Assembly: GCA_038870975.1 (NCBI GenBank)
Contig: JAVZJD010000001.1
Location: 768,001-832,000, forward strand
DNA length: 64,000 nt
Direction of reading: 5' to 3'
DNA from: Candidatus Bathyarchaeia archaeon
Lineage (GTDB): Archaea > Thermoproteota > CALKCG01 > B24
The notes under the pieces are model-generated. The model was not told the DNA's origin and did no database searches. It was given only the letters and a program-made list of their open reading frames with translations. Position numbers and translations under genes: made by a program. Below, piece after piece: positions 38,340 through 48,468 of this stretch. How positions within the stretch are numbered: the stretch's first letter is position 1; each line of letters starts with the position of its first letter.

Positions 38340-40268
38340 TTGAAGATGCTTCTAGTACATGCTGACAGCTTTGAGTATAAAGTCACTAGTAAGGCAATAG
38401 ATATGGCTGAACCGCTATCAGAGCATATGAAGGAGGGGATGTTCAAAGAGCTTCTAGTAGTCTTCACGACGATTGAAAAAGGAGACGATAATCTTCAAAT
38501 TCTAAAGTCGGCTGTTTCAAACGTGAAGGATGTAGCTGATAAAATCGGCGTTAAATCCGTCCTGATATATCCCTATGCACATTTAAGTAGCAACCTAGCG
38601 GAGCCGGATGAGGCTCTAAAAGTCTTAAAATTGTTTGAAGAATCTCTGAAGGAGGAGGGCTTTACTGTTTACAGGAGTCCATTCGGGTGGTATAAGAGTT
38701 TCAAACTCAGTTGTAAAGGCCACCCCTTAGCTGAGCTTTCAAGGTCGATAACAACTACGGTAGAAACTGAAGAGTCTGAGAAGGCTGAAGGCACCCCGTC
38801 TAAACTGAGGGAATTTCACAGGTTTATAGTAATGGATGTCGACGGGTCAACGTATGAAGTTAATGTCGATGAGTGGAGAAACTGCTCCGTATTCAAGAAA
38901 GAGGGGAAAATCTACAGACTTCTAGAGACTTTCATCAGGAATGAGATCGAGGGAAACCCGCCTAAGAAGAAGCCCAAACACATAGAGTATATGCGGCGTC
39001 TAGAGCTTGTAGACTATTGCCCTGAGAGCGACGTTGGAAACATGAAGTTCTACTCCAACGGTGTTTTAATAGCCGACCTCATAAGAGACTATGCGCTTTT
39101 TAAAGTGGCTCTTCCATGGGGCGCTATGAAGATACAGAACCCCTTAATATACCGTGAGAGTGTTAAAGAGATCCGTGAGCTTATGGGAGAGTTCCATGAA
39201 AGAGACTATAGAATGAGTTATGGTGGGGAGAATTTCGTTTTAAGGTTTGCTTCGGATCCTGGAGCTTTTCCATTTATGCAGAAAACAGTCTTCAGCTATA
39301 GACATCTACCTGTTAAAATATACGAGGAGGTTCAGTGTTTCCGTCGGGAAAAGAGCGGTGAAGTCGTCGGCTTACGTAGGCTCAGAAGTTTTACGATGAC
39401 CGACCAGCATTGTTTCTGTCGTGACGAAGAACAGGCTAAAGGTGAATTTAGAAAACTATGTATAATGTTTAAAGACCTCATGAATATGATAGCTCCAGAT
39501 TCATGGGTCATGGGGTGGGAGGGCGTAGAGTGGTTCTACGAGGAGAATAAAGAGTGGCTTAGAAGTTTAACTGTTGAAATGGGTGTACCTGCATTCTTTA
39601 AGCTCAGCCGCGAGATGAGCCATTACTACGCGATTAAGAACGAGTATCAGGTTATTGGAGCTGATGAAGCTAATGTGCAAATAGCAACCGTCCAATACGA
39701 TATTAAAAACGGTGAAAGATTCCAGATAATGTACACAGGTGAAGACGGAAAGAGGCATCCATGTATAATCATACACGCCTCTTCATTCGGAAGCATAGAG
39801 CGTACTCTCTACGCCCTACTCGAAGTTGCAGCTAAAATGGAAGAAGAGGGAAGGCCTCCAATGTTACCAGTATGGCTTTCACCTGAGCAGGTTAGACTTA
39901 TACCAGTCGCTGAGAGACACTTGGCGAGCTGTAATGAGATAGCGGATATACTGGAGAAATCAAATATACGTGTTGGTATAGATGATAGAGAACTATCAGT
40001 TGCTAGGAAAGTTAGAGATGCGAAAACAAGATGGGTCCCATTTATTGTCGTTATAGGCGATAAAGAACTTAAAACGGGTAAGCTTCCAGTAGTCATAAGG
40101 GATAAGTCTACTCTGAAGGAAGACTATATTAAAGAGATGTCTCTAGAAGACCTCATCGGGGAAGTTGCATCTAGATGTGCTGGCATGCCGTTTAGAAGAA
40201 TGTACGTTCCAAGGGAGTTAAGTAAAAGGGTGATGTTCGTAACTTGGGGGCATGGCAAAAAACAATAA
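38340..40268 (+). CDS. thrS: Threonyl-tRNA synthetase, archaeal type with N-terminal editing domain
   Basis: IYPYAHLS, PFGWYK, CKGHPLAELSR, FRREKSGE, RLRSFTM.D.H, H....GSIER, LPVWLSPEQVR. Confidence 0.95.
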   Translation: MKMLLVHADSFEYKVTSKAIDMAEPLSEHMKEGMFKELLVVFTTIEKGDDNLQILKSAVSNVKDVADKIGVKSVLIYPYAHLSSNLAEPDEALKVLKLFEESLKEEGFTVYRSPFGWYKSFKLSCKGHPLAELSRSITTTVETEESEKAEGTPSKLREFHRFIVMDVDGSTYEVNVDEWRNCSVFKKEGKIYRLLETFIRNEIEGNPPKKKPKHIEYMRRLELVDYCPESDVGNMKFYSNGVLIADLIRDYALFKVALPWGAMKIQNPLIYRESVKEIRELMGEFHERDYRMSYGGENFVLRFASDPGAFPFMQKTVFSYRHLPVKIYEEVQCFRREKSGEVVGLRRLRSFTMTDQHCFCRDEEQAKGEFRKLCIMFKDLMNMIAPDSWVMGWEGVEWFYEENKEWLRSLTVEMGVPAFFKLSREMSHYYAIKNEYQVIGADEANVQIATVQYDIKNGERFQIMYTGEDGKRHPCIIIHASSFGSIERTLYALLEVAAKMEEEGRPPMLPVWLSPEQVRLIPVAERHLASCNEIADILEKSNIRVGIDDRELSVARKVRDAKTRWVPFIVVIGDKELKTGKLPVVIRDKSTLKEDYIKEMSLEDLIGEVASRCAGMPFRRMYVPRELSKRVMFVTWGHGKKQ

Positions 40269-40327
40269 TCCGACGAATAAAGGTAAAAGTTAAAATAGTT
40301 GCCTCTCTTTCTCTTTAAAGCCTGGGG

Positions 40328-40639
40328 ATGGATATAGAGATCGTGGAAGAATTTTACAACCCACTGTTAGAGCGGCGGGAGATCAAATTCCTCGTGAAGC
40401 ATCCTAGACAGCCTACTCCGGCGAGGTTTAATGTTAGACAGGCTCTTAGAGAGAAGTTTAACGTAGACTTGGATAGGGTTATAGTTATCCGATTCTTTTC
40501 TAAGACGGGGTTGAATGTTTCGGAGGGGATATGCCATATATACGACAACTTGGAAAACATTAAATACCTCGTTTCTAGACATATTCTCCTAAAAAATCTT
40601 CCACCTGAAGAGAGAGCGAAGCTTAAGGAGGAGAAGTAG
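40328..40639 (+). CDS. rps24e: 30S ribosomal protein S24e
   Basis: [16 protein letters not shown]. Confidence 0.9.
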   Translation: MDIEIVEEFYNPLLERREIKFLVKHPRQPTPARFNVRQALREKFNVDLDRVIVIRFFSKTGLNVSEGICHIYDNLENIKYLVSRHILLKNLPPEERAKLKEEK

Positions 40640-40641
40640 AA

Positions 40642-40821
40642 ATGGGTAAGGAGGCTAAAGAACTATGGAAGCTTTACGAAGTCGACTATAAAAATATGCG
40701 TATAACTTTTAAAGGTAGGAAGTGTCCACGCTGTGGAAAGTTTATGGCCCACCATTTAAACCCTATGAGTAGATGGTCATGTGGAGGATGTGGATATACA
40801 GAGTATGAAAGAAAACAATAA
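40642..40821 (+). CDS. rps27ae: 30S ribosomal protein S27ae (59 aa), not in the ORF track
   Basis: [59 protein letters not shown]; follows rps24e. Confidence 0.92.
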   Translation: MGKEAKELWKLYEVDYKNMRITFKGRKCPRCGKFMAHHLNPMSRWSCGGCGYTEYERKQ

Positions 40822-40856
40822 TCATATTAGGTGTGGTTATGAGAAAAAGCGGGCGT

Positions 40857-42119
40857 CTAAAGTTCGTATATTGCAATAGGGTTTCTACATAGAAGGTCTT
40901 CAGCAATTTCTAACGCAAAGGATTTATCGTAGTACCCGTGTTCAACCATATCCGTCAGCGCATAGGCTAACTGCTCCTTCAGGAGGCGAACTTTTCCATA
41001 AATCCACTCGGCTACATATGCGTCACTAAAGAATGCATTAACTTTATTCCTTGGAAGCATTTGAATCCTCTCGAGAAGCCCCGCTCGCATGATATGGGGG
41101 TAGAAACTGTACCACCAGAAGCCTGAAAAATATACATTGGGGTAGTTTTTAGCTACAACGGCTATTTCATGTGACTGAATACTGTTAGCTAGGATTAAGT
41201 CGAATTTAACATCCTTAAATCTGCTGAATAGGACGTTACAGTAGTTTGTCAGAGCGTTTGGATTGAAAGCCACTATTGCGTAATCTGGTGGTGATGCGCC
41301 CGGCACAGGGCGTCTAACACCGAGCATTATCTGAAATACGATATCGTGTTCCTCGCATAAGCTTGCAACCCTGTAAATAATATACGATGAGAGACTTCTT
41401 AACTGCGCCCGTTTTAGAGGAAGCCCTTCAATTATTCTCCTTAGAGAATCATCAGCCTCTTCGGTGTTTACAAGTTTAAACTCATCTTCGGGCTGTAGGC
41501 TGACTGTTACAGTCTTAATATGTCTACTGAAGAATTTGAAAATCCTATTTAAACTCTCGTCTAGGTCTCTAAGTGCATTTATCTGAACACCTGTTGTTTT
41601 CACAAGTCTATCTAAGCTTTCCTTTGACAAACGGCTTATCAAAGGGTCTATTCTAAGGCCTCCTACGAATATCTTCGGGTCATAATTAGGTATAGGTGAC
41701 GCGTAGTCTAAGGTTATGAAAACCCTCCTTGCCTTAACTTTTCCATGCAATACTTTCTCAAACCATCTGGGGCTTTTAGAATTGGATTCAATAGTTCTTT
41801 TAACCTCATCCCAATCCTCTGGTTTAATCTTCTCTCCGCTCAATCCATATAGGTCGTTCAAAATCTTAAGTAGACACCAGAAGGTTGAGGTGTTCTTAAT
41901 AATCTCCATATTTCTCAATACCTTAGCCATATCTGCTTTCTCTAGAATGTCTCTTGGGACTCCTGCTGTAGCAAGCTCTGTCGCAATGTAATGGTAGAGG
42001 ATGATTCTTTCAGCACTATCTGCGCACGGTTTTTCAGGGTTTACATGTGTGTGAATATCGACCACGGCTATTTCAGCCAGCTTCTCCCTAATCTCATTGA
42101 ATAAGCCCGACATAGTCAT
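40857..42119 (-). CDS. Amidohydrolase-fold glucuronate isomerase-like protein
   Basis: DIHTH, YHY, PNVY..G.WW, FSDA. Confidence 0.7.
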   Translation of the reverse strand: MTMSGLFNEIREKLAEIAVVDIHTHVNPEKPCADSAERIILYHYIATELATAGVPRDILEKADMAKVLRNMEIIKNTSTFWCLLKILNDLYGLSGEKIKPEDWDEVKRTIESNSKSPRWFEKVLHGKVKARRVFITLDYASPIPNYDPKIFVGGLRIDPLISRLSKESLDRLVKTTGVQINALRDLDESLNRIFKFFSRHIKTVTVSLQPEDEFKLVNTEEADDSLRRIIEGLPLKRAQLRSLSSYIIYRVASLCEEHDIVFQIMLGVRRPVPGASPPDYAIVAFNPNALTNYCNVLFSRFKDVKFDLILANSIQSHEIAVVAKNYPNVYFSGFWWYSFYPHIMRAGLLERIQMLPRNKVNAFFSDAYVAEWIYGKVRLLKEQLAYALTDMVEHGYYDKSFALEIAEDLLCRNPIAIYEL

Positions 42120-42152
42120 GTGTTTTAAATGTACTATCCTCGGTTAAAGAAT

Positions 42153-43169
42153 TTAACTATTCTTCATCCAAACTATTTGAACATCTTCTATTCTCCATTT
42201 AGGCTTCACCAAGCTATCTTCCACATTTAACCTCAATCCGCTTTGGTAGGCTAGAATGCCGGTCCAAGCGATCATAACACCATTGTCAGTAGCGTACTCA
42301 GGTGGAACTACATGGAAACTAGCACCGTGGAGTTTAACCATTTCAGAGAACATATCTTTAATCCGCTGATTTCTCGCAAAACCACCTGTTAAGAGGACTT
42401 CTCTCTTACCTGTTTGAGCTAGGGCTCTTTCGACGACTTCAACTACCATAGATAATGCAGTCTCTTGAAGGCTGAAACATAGGTCTTCTAAAGATGCAGT
42501 CTTCTCTCTGAAAATCTTGAGAGCTGCAGTCAGAAGGCCTGAGAACTGTAAGTCCATACCCTTAACCGTATACGGTAGAGGTATGTAGTTTCCACCCCTT
42601 CTAGCAATTCTATCGAAAGCTGGGCCCGGCCAGGGGTTTTCAGCGTCAACTATTCCAGTTTCCCTGGCGAAAGTATCTATGCAATTTGCCAGAGTTATAT
42701 CTAAAGTTTCACCGAAAACCCTGTATCTACCAGCTTCATAGCCCAGTATTTGAGTCGTCCCTCCGCTTAGAATAACCACTAAAGGGTCTCTGGTTTTACT
42801 CATAAGCTTCCCAATTTCCACATGAGCTACTAAATGGTTTACCCCTACGAGTGGTTTATCAAGGTAAACCGATAGTGCTCTCGCTACTGTAGCAACAGTC
42901 CTTAGACATGGTCCAAGACCGGGGCCTTGAGAGAAGGCTATTAAGTCTATCTCCCTAGGTTTTACACCGCTTTTATTGAACGCTTCTCTTAAAACCTCAT
43001 CTGCAACTCTACTGTGGTGTTGCGACGCCTCCCTAGGGTGAATTCCTTTACCAGACGGTGGTATGTAAGAAGACTTAGACTCTGCAATGACTTCTCCATC
43101 TGAGGAGACTATGCCTACTCCAAACGTATGTGCGGTGCCCTCTATGCCGAGGCATAGTAAACGCTTCAT
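42153..43169 (-). CDS. kae1: tRNA t6A threonylcarbamoyltransferase Kae1 (KEOPS)
   Basis: LGIEGTAHT, GIHPRE, GPGLGPCL, VNH..AH, SGG.T, GETLD, PY.VKGMD..FSG, DNG.MIA. Confidence 0.95.
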   Translation of the reverse strand: MKRLLCLGIEGTAHTFGVGIVSSDGEVIAESKSSYIPPSGKGIHPREASQHHSRVADEVLREAFNKSGVKPREIDLIAFSQGPGLGPCLRTVATVARALSVYLDKPLVGVNHLVAHVEIGKLMSKTRDPLVVILSGGTTQILGYEAGRYRVFGETLDITLANCIDTFARETGIVDAENPWPGPAFDRIARRGGNYIPLPYTVKGMDLQFSGLLTAALKIFREKTASLEDLCFSLQETALSMVVEVVERALAQTGKREVLLTGGFARNQRIKDMFSEMVKLHGASFHVVPPEYATDNGVMIAWTGILAYQSGLRLNVEDSLVKPKWRIEDVQIVWMKNS

Positions 43170-43217
43170 TCAACCTTGAGAATTTTACGCTCCTCAAGAT
43201 TTAAACATTAGCCAAAC

Positions 43218-43838
43218 CTATTCTTCTGTAATCGCCTTCAATATTTCCTCTTCTGCGAATGGTCCATTTGGGCGTGCCCTTTGAATAAGAGGCGGTTTAA
43301 CAGTTAAGTCAACTATTGTTGAAGGTGGGTTTCTAGGCAGTTCTCCAAAATCTAAAACCAGGTCTACATCGCTAACAGCGTCTTTAATGCTGTAAGGCTC
43401 TGTCTCGCCGTGGATGTTTGCGCTCGTCGCTGTTATTGGCTTTCCAAGTGCTTCAACTATTGCTTGAGCCAATGGGTGGCTTGAGATTCTAGCTCCAATC
43501 CGAATTGGGTTTACAACGTCTGGTACCGTTGGTTTTTTCCATAGGACTATGGTTAAGGGTCCAGGTAGAAACCGCCTTATAAGCTTCATCGCCTCCTGGG
43601 TTAAATGGGCATACATACTCCACATTCTTACGTTAGCTACGAGTATTGTAAGGGGTCTATTTAATGGCCTACGTTTCACAAGGTATACTCTTCTAACGGC
43701 TTCAACTTCGTCTATCGCCGCTGCTAATCCATAGCAGGTTTCTGTCGGATAGACTACGATTCCGCCGTTTGTGAGAGTTCTTACGGCTTCTTCTACGGCT
43801 TTCTCAAATCCAACCTCTGAAACCTTTAAGATCTTCAT
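43218..43838 (-). CDS. L-threonylcarbamoyladenylate synthase, YrdC/TsaC-length (no SUA5 domain)
   Basis: YPTETCYGL, K.R, PGPLT, TSAN, PSTIVD; probable ATG at 43838 overlaps the upstream TGA. Confidence 0.9.
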   Translation of the reverse strand: MKILKVSEVGFEKAVEEAVRTLTNGGIVVYPTETCYGLAAAIDEVEAVRRVYLVKRRPLNRPLTILVANVRMWSMYAHLTQEAMKLIRRFLPGPLTIVLWKKPTVPDVVNPIRIGARISSHPLAQAIVEALGKPITATSANIHGETEPYSIKDAVSDVDLVLDFGELPRNPPSTIVDLTVKPPLIQRARPNGPFAEEEILKAITEE

Positions 43839-44947
43839 ATGGCTGTACTCCAAAGCTCTGTTCCAGGTGGTGCCAAGACGACTTTTACAGCGTCCTCCAG
43901 AGACTTCTCAGAATACTCCATGGCTACTTTAAAGTTTTCAAGTTTGAAAACATGTGTAACTATGCTTTCTGCGTCGACTTTCTTCGTTCTAATGTACTCT
44001 ATCGCCAGTGGATAACAGTATGGGCCTAGGTGAGACCCGTAAATCGTGAGTTCTTTTCCATCCCCTATATCGCTCCAGTCTACTGTGACAGGGTCTCTGA
44101 ATACGCCGAATTCGACAAACCTACCCAATTTTCTAATCATACGTAAGCCCTGAACCACCGAGCTTGGGTGGCCAGCAGCCTCTATATATACGTCGCATCC
44201 ATATCCTCCAGTTTCACGTTTAACATACTCAGTTACGTCTATTTTAGCCGGGTTTAAAGCCTCATCGGCGCCGAGCTTAAGAGCTCTCTCAATTCTACTG
44301 TCTCTTACATCTAAAGCTATCAGTCTACCTGGACCTTTAAGCTTCGCCACTTGAAGCATACATAGTCCAAGCGGTCCCATTCCAGATATGACTACGTAGT
44401 CTCCAAGCTTTATATCGGCCCTCTCAACAGCATGTATTGCACATGCAAGAGGCTCTATTAGAACTGCCCATTTATCTGAAATTTGCTCTGGGACCTTATG
44501 TATTATGGAACCACTCGGATATATCATGTACTCGGCCCAAGCACCGTCATCTAAACCACCGTGGAAACCGAAAACCATCTGTTGCTCACACATCCAATAC
44601 TCTCCTCTAAGACAAAACCTACACTTCCAACATGGTATTATCTGCTCGGCAATCGTCTTATCTCCCACTTTAAATCCATATTTCTCCGCCACTTCTGGAT
44701 CGGCATCGACCACTCTACCTATAAACTCGTGACCTGGTATTACTGGTGCTTTAACGTACGGCTTTGGAGGACCCCAATACCTTGGAGACCCTCTGTAGCA
44801 TTTAATATCGCTTGCACATATCCCTGCGGCTAGAACTCTTACTAAGACTTCACCCTTACGAGGTTTAGGCTTAGGTACTCTCTCAAGTCTATAATCTTCA
44901 GGACCATGGCATACAACGGCTAACATATAATCATTCAAAGTGAACAC
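43835..44947 (-). CDS. Zinc-dependent polyol/alcohol dehydrogenase (MDR family)
   Basis: GICASD, GHEF, C..C.FC..G....C, G.GPLG. Confidence 0.9.
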   Translation of the reverse strand: MFTLNDYMLAVVCHGPEDYRLERVPKPKPRKGEVLVRVLAAGICASDIKCYRGSPRYWGPPKPYVKAPVIPGHEFIGRVVDADPEVAEKYGFKVGDKTIAEQIIPCWKCRFCLRGEYWMCEQQMVFGFHGGLDDGAWAEYMIYPSGSIIHKVPEQISDKWAVLIEPLACAIHAVERADIKLGDYVVISGMGPLGLCMLQVAKLKGPGRLIALDVRDSRIERALKLGADEALNPAKIDVTEYVKRETGGYGCDVYIEAAGHPSSVVQGLRMIRKLGRFVEFGVFRDPVTVDWSDIGDGKELTIYGSHLGPYCYPLAIEYIRTKKVDAESIVTHVFKLENFKVAMEYSEKSLEDAVKVVLAPPGTELWSTAI

Positions 44948-45021
44948 CAGAAGTTAATCCCAGTGGGTTTAATTTAACAATTACCATTTCCGATGCTCTA
45001 AAAGGAGGGGGAATTTATTAA

Positions 45022-46011
45022 TTAAAATACTGGTATTATCCTCTCTCCTATCATTCTTATGGATTTTATGACGTCTGGGCCTATCGGTGAACCTACTACA
45101 AACTGAGTTACACCGGTCGCTAAAACCTGCTCTATTTTATCTATGCACTGTTTAGGGGTACCTGCTATTGAGAAGGCTTCAACCATTTCGCTCGTGACGT
45201 TTTTGAACGCTCTACCGAACTTACCCTGTACTAATGCGTCTTTTATGGCCTGAGCCTTCTCAAGATCTATCTCGTGTCTCTCTAGAACTATGTTTGGACT
45301 TCCACCAACTATAAAAGCGACAACAGGTATGGCTGCTTCAACGGCTTTAGCCTCCTCCTCCGCTATGGAGAAGCTCGTGTACGCGGCCACATCTAGATCT
45401 TCAATCTTTCTGTTTGCCTTTGAAACCCCTTCCCTTATTCTAGCGACGGCTTCCTTCAAGTCCTTGGGATGTGATGCGTTGATTAAAACACCGTCGCCTA
45501 TTTCACCCGCGAGTTTAAGCATCGCTGGACCTTGAGCTCCTATGTAGACGGGGATTTTAGACGGAGACTTGTAATTCAACTTGGCACCTTTAATCTTAAA
45601 CGCTTGACCATCTAGATCTACAGTCCCGCCGGATGTTAAAGTCCTAATGACTTCTACGGCTTCCCTAACGTAAGCCAATGGCTTTTCAAATTTCAAACCG
45701 ATTGTTGATAGAGTTACATAGTCTCCAGCTCCTATTCCACATACAACTCTATTTGGTGCTACTTCAGCTAAGCTGGCAATAGCCGTCGCAGTGAAAACAG
45801 GGTTGCATACATATGGGTTCGTTACACCCGTCCCAAGCTTTATACTATTGGTGTAATTGGCTATCAACGTCAATATCACATAGACATTTCTATTATTGTA
45901 GTGGTCAGTTATCCAGACGTAGTTGAATCCAGACTTTTCAGACTCTACAGTATAGTATACGGTTCTCCAGTATACTTCTCTCGGTACAAACTCTATCCCA
46001 AATTTAACCAT
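45022..46011 (-). CDS. mer: F420-dependent methylene-H4MPT reductase
   Basis: FGIEFVP, WITDHYNNR, GVTNPY, GIG.GD, GAQGP.ML, DGVLINASHP, AAYTSFS, VGSPIGP. Confidence 0.93.
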   Translation of the reverse strand: MVKFGIEFVPREVYWRTVYYTVESEKSGFNYVWITDHYNNRNVYVILTLIANYTNSIKLGTGVTNPYVCNPVFTATAIASLAEVAPNRVVCGIGAGDYVTLSTIGLKFEKPLAYVREAVEVIRTLTSGGTVDLDGQAFKIKGAKLNYKSPSKIPVYIGAQGPAMLKLAGEIGDGVLINASHPKDLKEAVARIREGVSKANRKIEDLDVAAYTSFSIAEEEAKAVEAAIPVVAFIVGGSPNIVLERHEIDLEKAQAIKDALVQGKFGRAFKNVTSEMVEAFSIAGTPKQCIDKIEQVLATGVTQFVVGSPIGPDVIKSIRMIGERIIPVF

Positions 46012-46022
46012 ACAACCACCCC

Positions 46023-46301
46023 TCAACCAGATATTGCATCGCGTAGTTTGCTAAACTCCACTCTTTCCGATAGGATACTCAACGTCTCCTCTTTCTCCAT
46101 ACTCGTGGCGATGTAGAGCATAGACTTCAAACACTCGCTACTCTTTAAAAGCCCCTCTCTAGCCAAGTAGAGAAACCTCACTACATGTGTAGGGTCGGCT
46201 TTATCTACATTCTTGGACTTAAGAAGAATCTCAAGAAGTCTTTCGAAAAGTTGACTTTTCAAGTCTTCGGGGAGGCTATTCAGAATGTTGTTAAGGCTCA
46301 T
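46023..46301 (-). CDS. Small hypothetical helical protein upstream of mer
   Basis: 92-aa ORF with AGGTG RBS; same strand as and adjacent to mer. Confidence 0.55.
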   Translation of the reverse strand: MSLNNILNSLPEDLKSQLFERLLEILLKSKNVDKADPTHVVRFLYLAREGLLKSSECLKSMLYIATSMEKEETLSILSERVEFSKLRDAISG

Positions 46302-46348
46302 ATAGACACCTACTACATATAACCTCTAATAGTTTTAAAGAATTTCCC

Positions 46349-46369
46349 TCCTGTCTCTTATAGACAGGA
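46349..46369. promoter_or_regulatory. 8-bp inverted repeat upstream of the putative BRE/TATA of the ORF92-mer unit
   Basis: TCCTGTCT-cttat-AGACAGGA next to minus-strand GGGAAATTCTTTAAAA. Confidence 0.35.
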
Positions 46370-46565
46370 TTTCTAATACACCTCCTACAGGCACTCATGT
46401 ACTATTTCAAGAATCAGTTAAACCACTTTTGCCATACTTTCGTAAACTCTGTTGTTGTAAATAAAATCTAAATCCAAGTGTATTTTAGTTATCCCTAAAG
46501 AGTTTCTAACTTCTCCTAAACAATGCTTTAGTCGAATTCCACTCTATATTCTTCTAAGTGGGAAA

Positions 46566-46949
46566 TTGAGCTCAATTGAATTAGCCGTGGAATACTTCAA
46601 AGCTATAGGCTATGATGTTAAGAGGAATGTAGAGCTTCAAGGCAGGTGGAATATGAAGTGGAGGTTCGACCTACTGCTTGAAGACAAGTTTAACCAGTTG
46701 AAGGGGGTTTGGATTAGAAATTGGAAGAGAACGGTTGGTGTAAACGTCGTAGTAATGCTCGATAGGGCATCTGAAGACGTAGGGCTTAGTAGACCGTTTC
46801 TCATAGCTAATGGCTTCAGCGCTTCAGCTTACGCATACGCCGATAGAAGGAGAATTGAACTTCTAACGTTTGAAGAAATCCTGGGCTTCATGAGGAGGTC
46901 TTTTTTAATGCCTCGCAAGTATGTTTCTGAGCGTTCGTCTAAATTTTGA
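46566..46949 (+). CDS. Mrr_cat/PD-(D/E)xK-fold protein, probably catalytically degenerate
   Basis: YF...GY.V..NV.L.G......FDLL, WKRTVG, GFS.SA..YA....IEL; ExK motif absent. Confidence 0.6.
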   Translation: MSSIELAVEYFKAIGYDVKRNVELQGRWNMKWRFDLLLEDKFNQLKGVWIRNWKRTVGVNVVVMLDRASEDVGLSRPFLIANGFSASAYAYADRRRIELLTFEEILGFMRRSFLMPRKYVSERSSKF

Positions 46950-47544
46950 GTTTCCACAGTCCTTTTTCACAGATAAACCTCTTCTTAGGGTCATTCGCTA
47001 AGAAATTAGCTAGACTTTTCGGGTTCGGCACTTCGAAGCCAGCGGCTAATACTTCACGGTGTACTTCTCTGATGCTCATAGACCTGCCCGCAAGTATGGA
47101 TTCTACAAAGTTTCTGATATCTTCCCTATACTTCACGTAGGTCCTAGGCTTTCCAAGCCTTCTAATTCTCCTGAAAATACTAATGAACTCATTATAATCG
47201 CTATCGTTTTTTTCTACGGTCAAATACTTACCCGTCGCTTCAGCTAAACCCTGTGCTATTAGATGATAGCATAACGATGTTTTTCCGTTTAAAACTCTAA
47301 AGTAGAAGTCGTCGCAACTACAGTATGGTGCTTCAGGTATGACTTCATAGACACCCTCCCTCCCTTCGACAGTCCACACAATTTTCCCGCTCGGTTTAAA
47401 CAGGTACATCCTAACCTTATCTTGTTGGACGATTTTAAGAGCCTCATCCAATCTTAAGCCTAAAGTCCTTCTAAGAGTCTTGATTTTTTCATCTATGCTA
47501 AGACCAGCTATGGAGGTGAACAGGTCTTTAAATTCTTTAGCCAA
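46939..47544 (-). CDS. SWIM zinc-finger protein with a C-terminal winged-helix-like domain
   Basis: W.V.G..G.Y.V, CSC.DF...LCYH; C-terminal MSIREVH...SL..FL..D...F...KGLWKL. Confidence 0.7.
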   Translation of the reverse strand: MAKEFKDLFTSIAGLSIDEKIKTLRRTLGLRLDEALKIVQQDKVRMYLFKPSGKIVWTVEGREGVYEVIPEAPYCSCDDFYFRVLNGKTSLCYHLIAQGLAEATGKYLTVEKNDSDYNEFISIFRRIRRLGKPRTYVKYREDIRNFVESILAGRSMSIREVHREVLAAGFEVPNPKSLANFLANDPKKRFICEKGLWKLKI

Positions 47545-47592
47545 ACCAAGAAATAATATTATTCCTTATTTAAATATTCTAACTAGCCTCTA

Positions 47593-48468
47593 TCAACATA
47601 TGACTTTAGCTACATACCCTCCCCTATCGATTTTAAGACTTTTGGCGATTGGGTTGCACTTTGCCCTTAGAAGGAGGAAATATCCTTTTTCCCTTATTCT
47701 CCGCAGGTTCTGCAAATTCTCATAGTTCGCCATACCCTTCAATACGGCGAACTCCGTATTTTTGAACATATCTAAAGCCTCTTTAGATAAAACCTCTGGA
47801 GCTAGATAGGTACAATCTCCAATAGCAATTACTTCATCAGCGTCATTTATGATACCAGATTCTTCAGCCTCCTCCATAGTTGCATCATTCTGATATGGTT
47901 CACTTCTAACAGCTACTACGACTCTAGCACCCAACCTCTTAAACTCCCTAACCAAAAGCCTATCTAAAACTATCTCTCCAGCGTTATCGCACACGTAGAG
48001 TACAGTTGATGCTCTCCTGGCAAGCTCATACGCGGTAGTAACATCGTCTACATCAAGTTTAATGTTCTGAAAGGCGTTGTTTAACCCGTTTAAGTTAAAT
48101 GTGTACCCCGAAACCCCTAGATCTATAGCATTACCGATCAGACTGAACCTCACGGCGATGTTAAATCTTTCAAAAGAATCATTGGACTTATTGACCATCT
48201 CCAAAGCTTTAGGTAGTATCTCCAAAGCCCATCTATTCGCCTCCCTCTTTTCACCTCTGTACGGATCTACGCCCAGCCTCTTACGTACAAGCCTATAGAG
48301 CTCCGTAGCTATCTTAGTCGTATGCTTAGTCTCCTTAATAAGCTCGGAAAACTTTTGAATGACCTCTAGACATATCTCGCAGGCCTCAGGACTATCATTC
48401 AATACCTTCATAACTTCGCGGCATCTAACGTCTACGAGACAGGGTATACACTCGGCTTTAACTTCCAA
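47593..48468 (-). CDS. ARMT1/DUF89 damage-control phosphatase
   Basis: CIPC, DPY..EK, GNAID, DNAGEIVLD, NDAT, KGMANYE, AKC. Confidence 0.9.
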   Translation of the reverse strand: MEVKAECIPCLVDVRCREVMKVLNDSPEACEICLEVIQKFSELIKETKHTTKIATELYRLVRKRLGVDPYRGEKREANRWALEILPKALEMVNKSNDSFERFNIAVRFSLIGNAIDLGVSGYTFNLNGLNNAFQNIKLDVDDVTTAYELARRASTVLYVCDNAGEIVLDRLLVREFKRLGARVVVAVRSEPYQNDATMEEAEESGIINDADEVIAIGDCTYLAPEVLSKEALDMFKNTEFAVLKGMANYENLQNLRRIREKGYFLLLRAKCNPIAKSLKIDRGGYVAKVIC

